Of a stretch of 64,000 nt of DNA, positions 56,343 through 64,000 are shown in pieces. Location of the stretch: the IMG/VR virus record IMGVR_UViG_3300046786_000157, positions 32,001 through 96,000 of that record; one strand, written 5' to 3'. This DNA is from a virus. How positions within the stretch are numbered: position 1 is the first letter of the stretch; every line of letters starts with the position of its first letter. A program made the position numbers and the translations under genes. Under the pieces are notes generated by a model. The model was given only the letters and a program-made list of their open reading frames with translations. It had not been told where the DNA came from and ran no database searches.

Positions 56343-57298
56343 CACTGATACCCATTAAGGTAGAGCCATCGCCGGAACCTAACTATAAAATTATAGAATG
56401 GATGCTACATAATGTCTGCAACTATGATTGTAGTTTTTGTAACACTGAGTCCAAGAACGGTTCTATCAGATGGAAAACATTAGAGCAATATAAAAATTAC
56501 ACTGACAAGTTAATTGAAGCATGTAAAGGTAGTCCTGTTTGGTTTCAAATTACAGGTGGTGAGCCAACACTGTTCCCCGAGTTAGCAGAACTGTTACATT
56601 ATATAAAAAGCAAGGGTGCATATGTTAGCTTGATATCAAATGGTTCACGAACATTGCGTTGGTGGAAAGAACTAAAAGACTCAAAGAGTCTAGACTTTTT
56701 GTTTATAACCTGTCATAATGAACAAACATCAGATTATGAACATATATCGCAAATATTAAACTTATTTCATGATGAATCTGTAGAGACAGTGTGTATGATT
56801 ACACACACAATAAAGTCAGTGGACGAAGCTATAACTGCAAGAAAATACATAGAATCAACGACAGGCACGACTATTTTGTTTAAGGCAATGTTTATTGATT
56901 CGTATGATATCTACACAATGTATACGAAAGAGCAACTAGCAGAAGTTCACAAATCCCACTCAGTGGGAATCAATCGTTCAACAAAAGCCTCAGCGGTGTA
57001 TCCAAAAGAATACAAGATGACTGATTTTTTAAAAGTTACGTATGAAGATCGTTCTACACGTATTGTCAATCCACAAACTCTACTAAAGACACAGCAAAAT
57101 AACTTTCTAGATTGGGATTGCGCTATAGGAATGAGTACTATGCGAATCTCCGGTAGTGCAGTTTATAGAGGTGTATGCAGGGAAGGTGGGATGCAATTCA
57201 CGTTAGATGATGATGTTAAGTTTAGTGACGCAATGGTTAAATGTACAAAGTCGCAATGCGTATGTCATACTGATTTAGTAACAACGAAGATAAAATGA
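56339..57298 (+). CDS. Radical SAM protein with C-terminal twitch-like Cys cluster (paralog of 28206)
   Basis: CNYDCSFC; ITGGEPT; SNGSR; WDCAIG...GVC...CTKSQCVCHTD. Confidence 0.85.
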   Translation: MTLIPIKVEPSPEPNYKIIEWMLHNVCNYDCSFCNTESKNGSIRWKTLEQYKNYTDKLIEACKGSPVWFQITGGEPTLFPELAELLHYIKSKGAYVSLISNGSRTLRWWKELKDSKSLDFLFITCHNEQTSDYEHISQILNLFHDESVETVCMITHTIKSVDEAITARKYIESTTGTTILFKAMFIDSYDIYTMYTKEQLAEVHKSHSVGINRSTKASAVYPKEYKMTDFLKVTYEDRSTRIVNPQTLLKTQQNNFLDWDCAIGMSTMRISGSAVYRGVCREGGMQFTLDDDVKFSDAMVKCTKSQCVCHTDLVTTKIK

Positions 57299-58356
57299 AA
57301 ATTCCACACTTTGGTCTAGCTAGACAATACAAACATATAGGCAAAGAGTTACTTGACGCCACACACCGAGCATTAAAGGATGGTCAGTTAATGAACGGGC
57401 ATTACACTCGTTCATTTGAAGAATGGTTAAAATACAAGACCAAAACACAATATGCTGTCACCGTACATTCGGGTACACAAGCACTTGAGATTATTGCTAG
57501 ATATAAAAAGCAAAAGCACCATGTCTCTATGGAAGATAATCCCAAGATTCGCATACCTAATTTTACATACCCTGCAACACTAAACGCATTCTTGACTGCT
57601 GGATGGGATGTTGAACTTGCTGATACTGACAAGTATGGTATTATGACCAGCGGTACTAGTCAAGATGGTGGTGTGTATAACTGTGCTATGGGCTTTGCTG
57701 GACGCAGACCATGGCCTAATGCAACATATCAAGAAAGCTACGGTGTCATCGTTGATGGGGCACAGCATTGGCTTGAAGCTGGTGGCAACGTTGGTAGTGG
57801 TATGGCAATTAGTTTTGATCCTACAAAGAATTTGAACAGTAGTGGCAATGGTGGTGCCATCGTGACGAACGACCATCATTTATATCTGTATGCGGCTAGA
57901 CACAGAGACAATAACAAACCTGAGTTTCATACAGTAGGTACTAACTCTAGAATGTCCGAACAAGATTGTGCTCACATGATGGTTCGTGTCAATTATATAG
58001 ATGCTTGGCAACTGCGTAGAAAGCAAATTGCTAGTTACTGGTGTGATAGATTCAGAGAGCTTCCAATAACTTGTTTAAGTGACACAAAGGAACCTCATGC
58101 ACATCAGAAGTTTGTGATGTATCTACCAGATCGAAATAGTTTACACACTCATTTATTGACTGATGGTATTGATAGTAAGATTCATTATGAATATGTACTA
58201 GGTGAGTTGCCTACAGCAAACAATTTGTCAAAGCCTGATCTGTTATCTACCAGTGTAATGTTAAGTCGAGGAGTAATTAGCCTCCCTATATATCCTGAGT
58301 TGACTGATGAAGAAGTGGACTATATAGCTGAGAAAGTTACTGAATTTTATGAATAA
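57295..58356 (+). CDS. DegT/DnrJ/EryC1/StrS PLP-dependent sugar aminotransferase
   Basis: VHSGTQAL, DGAQ, SFDPTKNL (PLP lysine), GNGGAIVT, G.NSRM.E, SLPIYPEL. Confidence 0.9.
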   Translation: MKIPHFGLARQYKHIGKELLDATHRALKDGQLMNGHYTRSFEEWLKYKTKTQYAVTVHSGTQALEIIARYKKQKHHVSMEDNPKIRIPNFTYPATLNAFLTAGWDVELADTDKYGIMTSGTSQDGGVYNCAMGFAGRRPWPNATYQESYGVIVDGAQHWLEAGGNVGSGMAISFDPTKNLNSSGNGGAIVTNDHHLYLYAARHRDNNKPEFHTVGTNSRMSEQDCAHMMVRVNYIDAWQLRRKQIASYWCDRFRELPITCLSDTKEPHAHQKFVMYLPDRNSLHTHLLTDGIDSKIHYEYVLGELPTANNLSKPDLLSTSVMLSRGVISLPIYPELTDEEVDYIAEKVTEFYE

Positions 58357-59590
58357 GACGTTTTGTGTAATGCCATGGATTAACATATCTGTAGATCCTG
58401 ACGGAAGCATAAAACCATGTTGCATATCTCAGCAACACATCACCAAAGAAAACAAACAAAACTATAATTTAGGGTACGACAAGCTTGATGATATTATAAA
58501 CTCTCCTGATTACGTTGCTATAAGAAAGAAAATGCTTAGAGGGGAAGAAGTTGCAGGATGTAAACAGTGTTATGCTATAGAGCAATATGGCAAGACAGAG
58601 AGCAAAAGAATTATGTTTAACAAGACATGGTTTCCTAAACAAGAGATACGAAAAAAAGTTGTTCAGGGTGCTGTCATTGATAACACAGTGTATGATTTTG
58701 ATTTGAGGTTCGGTAATATGTGCAACTTATCATGCAAGAGTTGTTCATCTGTAAACTCAAGTCAACTAGAAAAAGAACTGAATGAATTGAACAGCAAAAC
58801 AAATATTAGTAAATTTTTCTCTATAACATCTTATACTAACATTAATGAATGGTACGAGACAGACACTTTTGAATCCAACATCAAATCTAATTTAGATACG
58901 ATTAGACAGTTGTATATCACCGGTGGCGAACCTACGATAATAAAAAAGAACCAAGAACTATTAAAGTTTCTCGTAGACAATGGGAAAAGCAAGAATATTA
59001 AACTGATCCTAAATTCTAACATGACAAACATTAACCCTGCATTCTACGAACTACTTCCCGAGTTTGAATCAGTGTTGTTCTTTGCAAGCGTGGATGGTTA
59101 TGGGGAGATACAAGAGTACTTGCGCTATCCTAGTAAATGGACTCAGGTTGACAAACATGTTAAAAAGTTAGTGTCATTGGGCGGGAACATAACAGTGCGT
59201 CTGTCCCCTACAGTACAGATCGGCAACCTAAACAAGCTAGTTGACCTGTTTGAATATGCAGAAGACCTTAATAGAACTGCAGGTAAAGCAGTATGTTATA
59301 TATGGATCAATCTATTGGAGTTCCCCACACATTTGAATATAGTGCACCTGCCTATAGACTATAAAAACAATTGTTGGGAAAGGATTGAATCGTGGATCAG
59401 AGACAGTTGCCAGTACCAAGACACTATATTTCATGACAGAATAGCGGCACTGAGAAACAAATGTATGACAGAAACACACGATCCTGAGAAAATCTCAAAT
59501 TTCTTTGAAATGAATGATATTTTTGATACACATCGGGGACATTTCTTAGATGAAATTAACCCTGAACTAGCCTCACTACGGGCTAAATAA
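58349..59590 (+). CDS. Radical SAM protein with N-terminal twitch domain
   Basis: FCVMPW...PCC...CKQC; CNLSCKSC; TGGEP; NSN. Confidence 0.85.
   Translation: MNKTFCVMPWINISVDPDGSIKPCCISQQHITKENKQNYNLGYDKLDDIINSPDYVAIRKKMLRGEEVAGCKQCYAIEQYGKTESKRIMFNKTWFPKQEIRKKVVQGAVIDNTVYDFDLRFGNMCNLSCKSCSSVNSSQLEKELNELNSKTNISKFFSITSYTNINEWYETDTFESNIKSNLDTIRQLYITGGEPTIIKKNQELLKFLVDNGKSKNIKLILNSNMTNINPAFYELLPEFESVLFFASVDGYGEIQEYLRYPSKWTQVDKHVKKLVSLGGNITVRLSPTVQIGNLNKLVDLFEYAEDLNRTAGKAVCYIWINLLEFPTHLNIVHLPIDYKNNCWERIESWIRDSCQYQDTIFHDRIAALRNKCMTETHDPEKISNFFEMNDIFDTHRGHFLDEINPELASLRAK
59584..59589 (+). promoter_or_regulatory. Late promoter TAAATA, probably leaderless
   Basis: Ends 5 nt before ATG 59595; no SD. 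Confidence 0.55.
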
Positions 59591-59594
59591 CTAC

Positions 59595-60038
59595 ATGTGG
59601 ATATTAACTGTACTGCCGGAATGGGTCACTCACGCAATTTTTAGCGTAGGTGTACTAGGAACTATAGCAGGGTTCATCTTGGGATTCTTACCGTTGGTAA
59701 GGGCATATAAACTAGCAATTCAAGTTATTAGCTTGTTAACACTAGTATTCGGTGTCTATCTTGAGGGCGGCTTAGCTGACTATAAAGAGTGGGAACTCAA
59801 AGTCGCTGAAATGAAGGCTCAAGTAGCACAAGCAGAAGTTAAAGGTGCTGAAAAGAATGTAGAGATTCAGGAAAAAGTCGTTGAAAAGACGAAAATTATC
59901 CGTGAAAAGGGTCGTGATATAATCAAGTACGTAGACCGTGAAGTTGTCAAAAACGAAGAAGTTATTAAGTACGTAGAACAATGCCCTGCTATCCCATCAA
60001 TCATTATTGAACAACACAATAAGGCGGCCACAAAATGA
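59595..60038 (+). CDS. Putative inner-membrane spanin (Rz-like)
   Basis: N-terminal hydrophobic segments, then a charged coiled coil (KVVEKTKIIREKG) and a C-terminal Cys; followed by an overlapping lipoprotein gene. Confidence 0.55.
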   Translation: MWILTVLPEWVTHAIFSVGVLGTIAGFILGFLPLVRAYKLAIQVISLLTLVFGVYLEGGLADYKEWELKVAEMKAQVAQAEVKGAEKNVEIQEKVVEKTKIIREKGRDIIKYVDREVVKNEEVIKYVEQCPAIPSIIIEQHNKAATK

Positions 60039-60298
60039 AATATCTATTAATCGCCCTATTACTTGCAGGCTGTGCGACAACGACAGTTCCTGTAAAACCT
60101 ACATTCCCTAACCCAACTCCTGAGCTTATGAAGAAGTGCGAGGATTTGCGAAAAATTGAGGGTGACAAAGTGGCAATCACAGAGATGCTAAAAGTCGTAG
60201 TCCACAACTATTCACTATATTATGAGTGCTCAACTAAAGTAGATGGTTGGCAAGAATGGTACACTGAACAGAAGAAGATATATGACAACGCAAAATAA
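60035..60298 (+). CDS. Putative outer-membrane spanin lipoprotein (Rz1-like)
   Basis: Signal peptide and lipobox MKYLLIALLLAGC; Pro-rich linker PVKPTFPNPTPELM; further Cys residues. Confidence 0.65.
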   Translation: MKYLLIALLLAGCATTTVPVKPTFPNPTPELMKKCEDLRKIEGDKVAITEMLKVVVHNYSLYYECSTKVDGWQEWYTEQKKIYDNAK

Positions 60299-60557
60299 TA
60301 GCATATTATTAGTTTTATGTTTATGTCTTGCAGGGTGTGCATCTACTCACGACTATCAAACGTATGTAGACACTCAAAAGTCGTTGAACAAAGACTATAC
60401 TATGGCAGAATTAGCACGAATTTCAGCACTGACAGAAATCGTCAAAGAATCACAAGATGTGAGTGTTAGAATTGAAGCTATAAAAGCTTTACAAGAGATT
60501 CAACGCAGTAAACGTCCGTTAAAAATAGACAGACCCAAGTCTTGGTTCGAAAGATAA
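60282..60557 (+). CDS. Second putative lipoprotein (91 aa)
   Basis: MTTQNNSILLVLCLCLAGC lipobox; start 60282 preferred over 60243. Confidence 0.55.
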   Translation: MTTQNNSILLVLCLCLAGCASTHDYQTYVDTQKSLNKDYTMAELARISALTEIVKESQDVSVRIEAIKALQEIQRSKRPLKIDRPKSWFER

Positions 60558-60560
60558 ATA
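60555..60560 (+). promoter_or_regulatory. Late promoter TAAATA
   Basis: At the gene junction, with an AGGA SD before ATG 60584. Confidence 0.5.
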
Positions 60561-60583
60561 CTATATAGATCAGGATATTTACG

Positions 60584-61126
60584 ATGGCAACACCAGAAAT
60601 AATCAATATAGGTACCTTACCCAATGATGGTGAAGGTGACCCGTTACGAACAGCATTTCAGAAGATTAACAACAACTTTGCAGAGATATTCTCTACAGGG
60701 GCTTTCACCTATACCGGAGTCACTACTGGTAATACTGCTAATCAAGTTGTCTTTGAGACAGACGCAAACATATTCACTCAGGGTGTTTTCCAGATCAACT
60801 CTTATAAACCTGATTCAGCAGATAGTCAAAATATAACATTAAATGCCGCAATAAACAATGGTGCAAACAATGTCAAATTCACTGCCTTTGCAACTACTAT
60901 GTTTGGCAATTATGTAGTATCTAACTACAATATGGATGTTACAGACGGCAATGTAAGAATTTTAGTCAATCCGAATACAAGTTCTACATTAGAGCATTTT
61001 ATCTCAGCACAAATCACGTTCAATGAAATAGTAGATACTATGGCATTAGGATTGAATGGTTATGATAGCGGAGATGTATTGGGTACTGAAGATAATTTAG
61101 TTATCGTTACTGAGCAACCAGCATAA
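60584..61126 (+). CDS. Baseplate wedge-type structural protein (T4 gp9/gp10 N-terminal motif)
   Basis: INIGTLPNDGEGDPLRTAFQKINNNFAE, the hallmark gp9/gp10 trimerisation N-terminus. Confidence 0.75.
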   Translation: MATPEIINIGTLPNDGEGDPLRTAFQKINNNFAEIFSTGAFTYTGVTTGNTANQVVFETDANIFTQGVFQINSYKPDSADSQNITLNAAINNGANNVKFTAFATTMFGNYVVSNYNMDVTDGNVRILVNPNTSSTLEHFISAQITFNEIVDTMALGLNGYDSGDVLGTEDNLVIVTEQPA

Positions 61127-61521
61127 TGAGAGCAAAAGAATTTATAACTGAGCAACGTGCGGCATTGTCTGTGGATATTTCCAGAGCACTACCCGGCACG
61201 TATACTATTCCGGGGTTACCCAACAATGACTTCTATAAGCAATATCGTTTTGGTGTAGCACTTGCAGGAGCCCGCGGCCAAATAGAGAGAGTACAAGATA
61301 GCATTCCTCCTTATAACTTTGAAAAAGAAACTCCATGGGGCGAGAACATGATTGTTTCATCATATATGGATGGTTATATTGAACAAGACATTGACTATGC
61401 AATGAGAGAAGTCGGTGTTGAAGGTGGCAAAGTATTGATAAGCACTAAGAAAAGTGAAGAAGCAACTGATGTTGTTAAACATAGCCCAGTTAAGGCTTTC
61501 AAAGGATACAAGAGAAAATGA
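61126..61521 (+). CDS. Putative internal head protein A
   Basis: N-terminus MRAKEFITE resembles the T4 capsid-targeting sequence; C-terminus SPVKAFKGYKRK. Confidence 0.5.
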   Translation: MRAKEFITEQRAALSVDISRALPGTYTIPGLPNNDFYKQYRFGVALAGARGQIERVQDSIPPYNFEKETPWGENMIVSSYMDGYIEQDIDYAMREVGVEGGKVLISTKKSEEATDVVKHSPVKAFKGYKRK

Positions 61522-61892
61522 GAGCCACTGAATTTGTAACTGAAGGTAAAACAGCTAAACCCACAAAACGCCAAAGTTTTGCAACACGAGGTATGCAAAA
61601 ATTTCGTGACCCTAATGGACTTGACCGTATATATGAGTTAAATCGTATTATGATGGCAGTAGCTTCTACTGATGGAGTATCAATGCCGGACTTAGATTCA
61701 GAAACATGGAGTGGACGTTTTAACACAGCACATCCTTATACTGACGTAGAAGCTGATATGCTTAAACTAGCATACAGGGCTGTTGGAAGTGAAATGCATG
61801 ACTTAAACCACGGTGATAACGAAAGTCAAGAATTACCGGGTACCAATACTCAAAGCACAGTCAAACCCTTCAAGGGATACAAGAGAAAATAA
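61518..61892 (+). CDS. Putative internal head protein B (paralog of A)
   Basis: N-terminus MRATEFVTE; C-terminus STVKPFKGYKRK. Confidence 0.5.
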   Translation: MRATEFVTEGKTAKPTKRQSFATRGMQKFRDPNGLDRIYELNRIMMAVASTDGVSMPDLDSETWSGRFNTAHPYTDVEADMLKLAYRAVGSEMHDLNHGDNESQELPGTNTQSTVKPFKGYKRK

Positions 61893-61908
61893 TTTCTCAT
61901 CAGTTGTA

Positions 61909-61943
61909 GAGAATAAGTAATTTATATAAATTACAGGATTCTC
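61909..61943 (+). promoter_or_regulatory. Hairpin with perfect 18-bp palindrome covering a late promoter variant and the RBS
   Basis: GAGAAT-AA-GTAATTTATATAAATTAC-AGG-ATTCTC; palindrome 61917-61934; TAAGTA at 61914-19; AGGA at 61935-38; ATG at 61945. Confidence 0.55.
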
Positions 61944-61944
61944 A

Positions 61945-62637
61945 ATGATTGATATTAACAACACACTTGACCTAGTCAAACTCAAATTTTACAACGAATG
62001 GTTGTATACTGCCCACATTTATGATGAGGGCGACAGTCCAATGCATCAACATATGACTAGTGAAGTAGTCAAAACATATATTGATCCATTGAACATTCCT
62101 AAGAATGCAAAAATAGTTGACTTGGGATGTGGCCCCGGTTACTTCTTAGATGAAATGAAATCTAGGGGTTATACTGATTTAACCGGAGTTACATTAAGCC
62201 CGGGTGATGTAGATATATGTGAAAAGAAAGGTCATACAATCAAAAAATATGACTTGACATTCTTACCACAAGATCAAGGCTACCACGATGAATCCACCGA
62301 CTTCATCTTCTTACGTCACGCACTAGAACATAGTCCATATCCTATCTTTAGCTTAATGGAATACAATCGTATATTGAAACAGTTTGGTAAGATTTATATT
62401 GAAGTACCTGCTCCAGATTGTGACAGACGCCATGAGTACAACTTAAATCACTATAGTATTTTAGGACAGAATCAATTGGCTGCACTACTACAGCGCACTG
62501 GGTTTGACATTGACAGATTTAATGTAATAGAATTTGACATTAGTATCCCGAACCAAGAGACCGGTGAGCAAGTAACGGTCAAAGAAAAGTACTACTGCAT
62601 CGTGGCAACAAAACAACGCCCATTAGATATTAAATAA
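61945..62637 (+). CDS. Class I SAM-dependent methyltransferase
   Basis: IVDLGCGPG motif I; FLRHALEHSPYP; LKQFGKIYIEVP. Confidence 0.85.
   Translation: MIDINNTLDLVKLKFYNEWLYTAHIYDEGDSPMHQHMTSEVVKTYIDPLNIPKNAKIVDLGCGPGYFLDEMKSRGYTDLTGVTLSPGDVDICEKKGHTIKKYDLTFLPQDQGYHDESTDFIFLRHALEHSPYPIFSLMEYNRILKQFGKIYIEVPAPDCDRRHEYNLNHYSILGQNQLAALLQRTGFDIDRFNVIEFDISIPNQETGEQVTVKEKYYCIVATKQRPLDIK
62631..62636 (+). promoter_or_regulatory. Late promoter TAAATA
   Basis: 7 nt before ATG 62644; no SD. Confidence 0.45.
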
Positions 62638-62643
62638 TTTAAA

Positions 62644-63342
62644 ATGTCCTTGGTATCTGTAGAGAACTTTAAAAAAGCAAAATACTTATACGTAGTTTAC
62701 CCCGGGGCAACCGGGGGTAACCATGTGTGTAATATGATAAGCATTTGTGAGGGGTTTGGTCCTAGAGTAAAGAAGCCAAACTACAAAGAATGGATGCTTA
62801 AAAAGTATAAACGAGTAAATTATAAAAGTAAGCCACCTAAGTTTGTTAATGCACATGTGGATGACAGTATTCATCACGTTGATAGACTTTATGAATACAT
62901 TGACAAAGATTATTTACTAAATGCTAACGAAAAGATAGTTATACAAGGTCATATCTTCAACTTTTGGTCCGCAATAAAAAAAGGCGTTTTGAAAGAATTA
63001 GGTAATGACTATGTGGGAATCATATTAGATTATCCTAAAGAAGGTTCTATGGCTTATGAGAGGATAAACGTTTATGGGTATGCGAGTCCTCATCGTGATT
63101 ATACTTTTCCACTTAAAATAGAATACATTGACTTTACTGTAGATATTGCAGAACATAATGGGTTTCATGTTGATACTAGCAAACTGTTTACTGAGAATGG
63201 CAGTCACTATTTGCGTGAGTTATTACGTGAAACCTTCGATCTAGAATTGCCCCCGGAAGCAGACGAAATGCATGAAATATGGTTTACGTGGATGAAACAC
63301 GTAATCACCCCGGAAGTTGTTGAGTTTTGGAAAGATCAATAA
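62644..63342 (+). CDS. Hypothetical protein (232 aa)
   Basis: N-terminal YPGATGGNH Gly-rich loop; function not assignable. Confidence 0.65.
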   Translation: MSLVSVENFKKAKYLYVVYPGATGGNHVCNMISICEGFGPRVKKPNYKEWMLKKYKRVNYKSKPPKFVNAHVDDSIHHVDRLYEYIDKDYLLNANEKIVIQGHIFNFWSAIKKGVLKELGNDYVGIILDYPKEGSMAYERINVYGYASPHRDYTFPLKIEYIDFTVDIAEHNGFHVDTSKLFTENGSHYLRELLRETFDLELPPEADEMHEIWFTWMKHVITPEVVEFWKDQ

Positions 63343-63347
63343 TACGA

Positions 63348-63379
63348 TAAATACTCTCTAACAAGAGAGTATTTTTTTT
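63348..63379 (+). terminator. Hairpin plus T8 overlapping a late promoter and the downstream RBS
   Basis: AAATACTCTCT-AACA-AGAGAGTATTT: 11-bp stem (63349-63374); T run 63372-79; TAAATA at 63348-53; ATG at 63380. Confidence 0.65.
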
Positions 63380-63976
63380 ATGGCCAATCCACCTCCACCG
63401 TATGCAAACATTTCTGGTATTACCAGAACAATAATGAAGGACAATCAGGAAGAGACTATCAGTAACTATGATGGTAATGCTCGTCCCGGAGAACTTGTAG
63501 TCGACCAACTAACAGATAATCTTTATATAGGCAATACCAATGGTAATTTGAATTTAGTAGCATTTGGATCAGGTGTAACCAATCCCACATTATTTGATCC
63601 GCAGTTTACTGACGCATCGGGTACCGTTGCTGGTGTTACTACCACAGGAACATACACACGGATAGGCCCATTGTGTTATTATCATGTGTACTTAGATTTT
63701 TCAACTTGTACTAACTTTGGCACAGGACAATATCGAATCACTCTGCCATTCCCAACAAATCAAACTATGACTATACGTGGTGGCACATTACATCAAACAA
63801 CCGGTAATTCATTGTATCACATTGCTGGTATTACTGAAAACACAGTCAGTAATGTAGTTCAAAACTTGTATTATAGTGGCAGTACCACAGACTTGGCTTG
63901 GAAATATAACACACCAGTTGGTGCTACTACTGTAACTAGCCACTTTGATATTTCAGGTATCTATCAAATAGCGTAA
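63380..63976 (+). CDS. Putative tail-fibre/structural protein (198 aa)
   Basis: DGNARPGELVVDQ...LYIGN N-terminus; C-terminal GTYTRIG.L..Y...GTGQYRITLPF domain typical of fibre tips. Confidence 0.55.
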   Translation: MANPPPPYANISGITRTIMKDNQEETISNYDGNARPGELVVDQLTDNLYIGNTNGNLNLVAFGSGVTNPTLFDPQFTDASGTVAGVTTTGTYTRIGPLCYYHVYLDFSTCTNFGTGQYRITLPFPTNQTMTIRGGTLHQTTGNSLYHIAGITENTVSNVVQNLYYSGSTTDLAWKYNTPVGATTVTSHFDISGIYQIA

Positions 63977-64000
63977 TGTTCGATCCTTTTCAACAAGCTA

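Noticed and set aside
1391-63508. The many minus-strand and alternate-frame ORFs in the track (for example 14255-14674, 48969-49409, 50604-51197, 52103-52591)
   Set aside because: All lie antisense to or inside well-supported + strand genes, lack RBS or promoters and have no recognisable motifs; treated as shadow ORFs.
1-64000. Stop-codon reassignment, as seen in some large phages
   Set aside because: Genes tile the + strand under the standard code with intact domains and frequent ATGA/TAATG coupling; no fragmented genes.
1-64000. Other TAAATA hexamers inside coding regions as promoters
   Set aside because: Roughly 70 per strand are expected by chance at this AT content; only those at gene junctions or with fixed spacing to starts were kept.
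63976-64000. Start of a further gene (MFDPFQQA...)
   Set aside because: TAATG-coupled and probably real, but only 8 codons are in the window, too few to annotate.

Overview
A 64-kb, AT-rich segment of a large T4-like (myovirus-type) bacteriophage genome. Every credible gene is on the + strand and most are translationally coupled. The phage call is an inference from T4-type late promoters TA(A/G)ATA, a gp9/gp10-type N-terminal motif, tail-spike, spanin-like, folA and thyA genes, and the absence of cellular housekeeping operons. Layout: (1) 1-19.8 kb, tail/baseplate module with a 5'-truncated >5,600-aa modular virion protein; (2) 19.9-47.6 kb, a late-promoter-led cluster of glycosyltransferase-like proteins, a GDP-mannose 3,5-epimerase-like enzyme, SGNH-fold proteins, a carbamoyltransferase, a 1,579-aa repeat protein and 8 of the window's 10 radical SAM enzymes; (3) 46.1-46.6 kb, not visible in the ORF track, a circularly permuted two-piece tmRNA gene (tag ANDSVYALAA) whose intervening segment carries its own 44-aa six-cysteine protein gene closed by a stem, with overlapping sigma70 and late promoters; (4) 47.6-52.8 kb, an early island with five near-identical sigma70 promoters and a MoxR-AAA/VWA pair; (5) 52.8-64 kb, folA-thyA coupled to more sugar and radical SAM enzymes, spanin-like genes, two putative internal head proteins and further structural genes. 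The strongest novelty candidates are the protein gene nested in the tmRNA intervening segment, the late glycan-tailoring supercluster, and the late-gene regulatory grammar (leaderless mRNAs, promoter-in-hairpin RBS locks). Family names come from motif recognition only; no database search was run.
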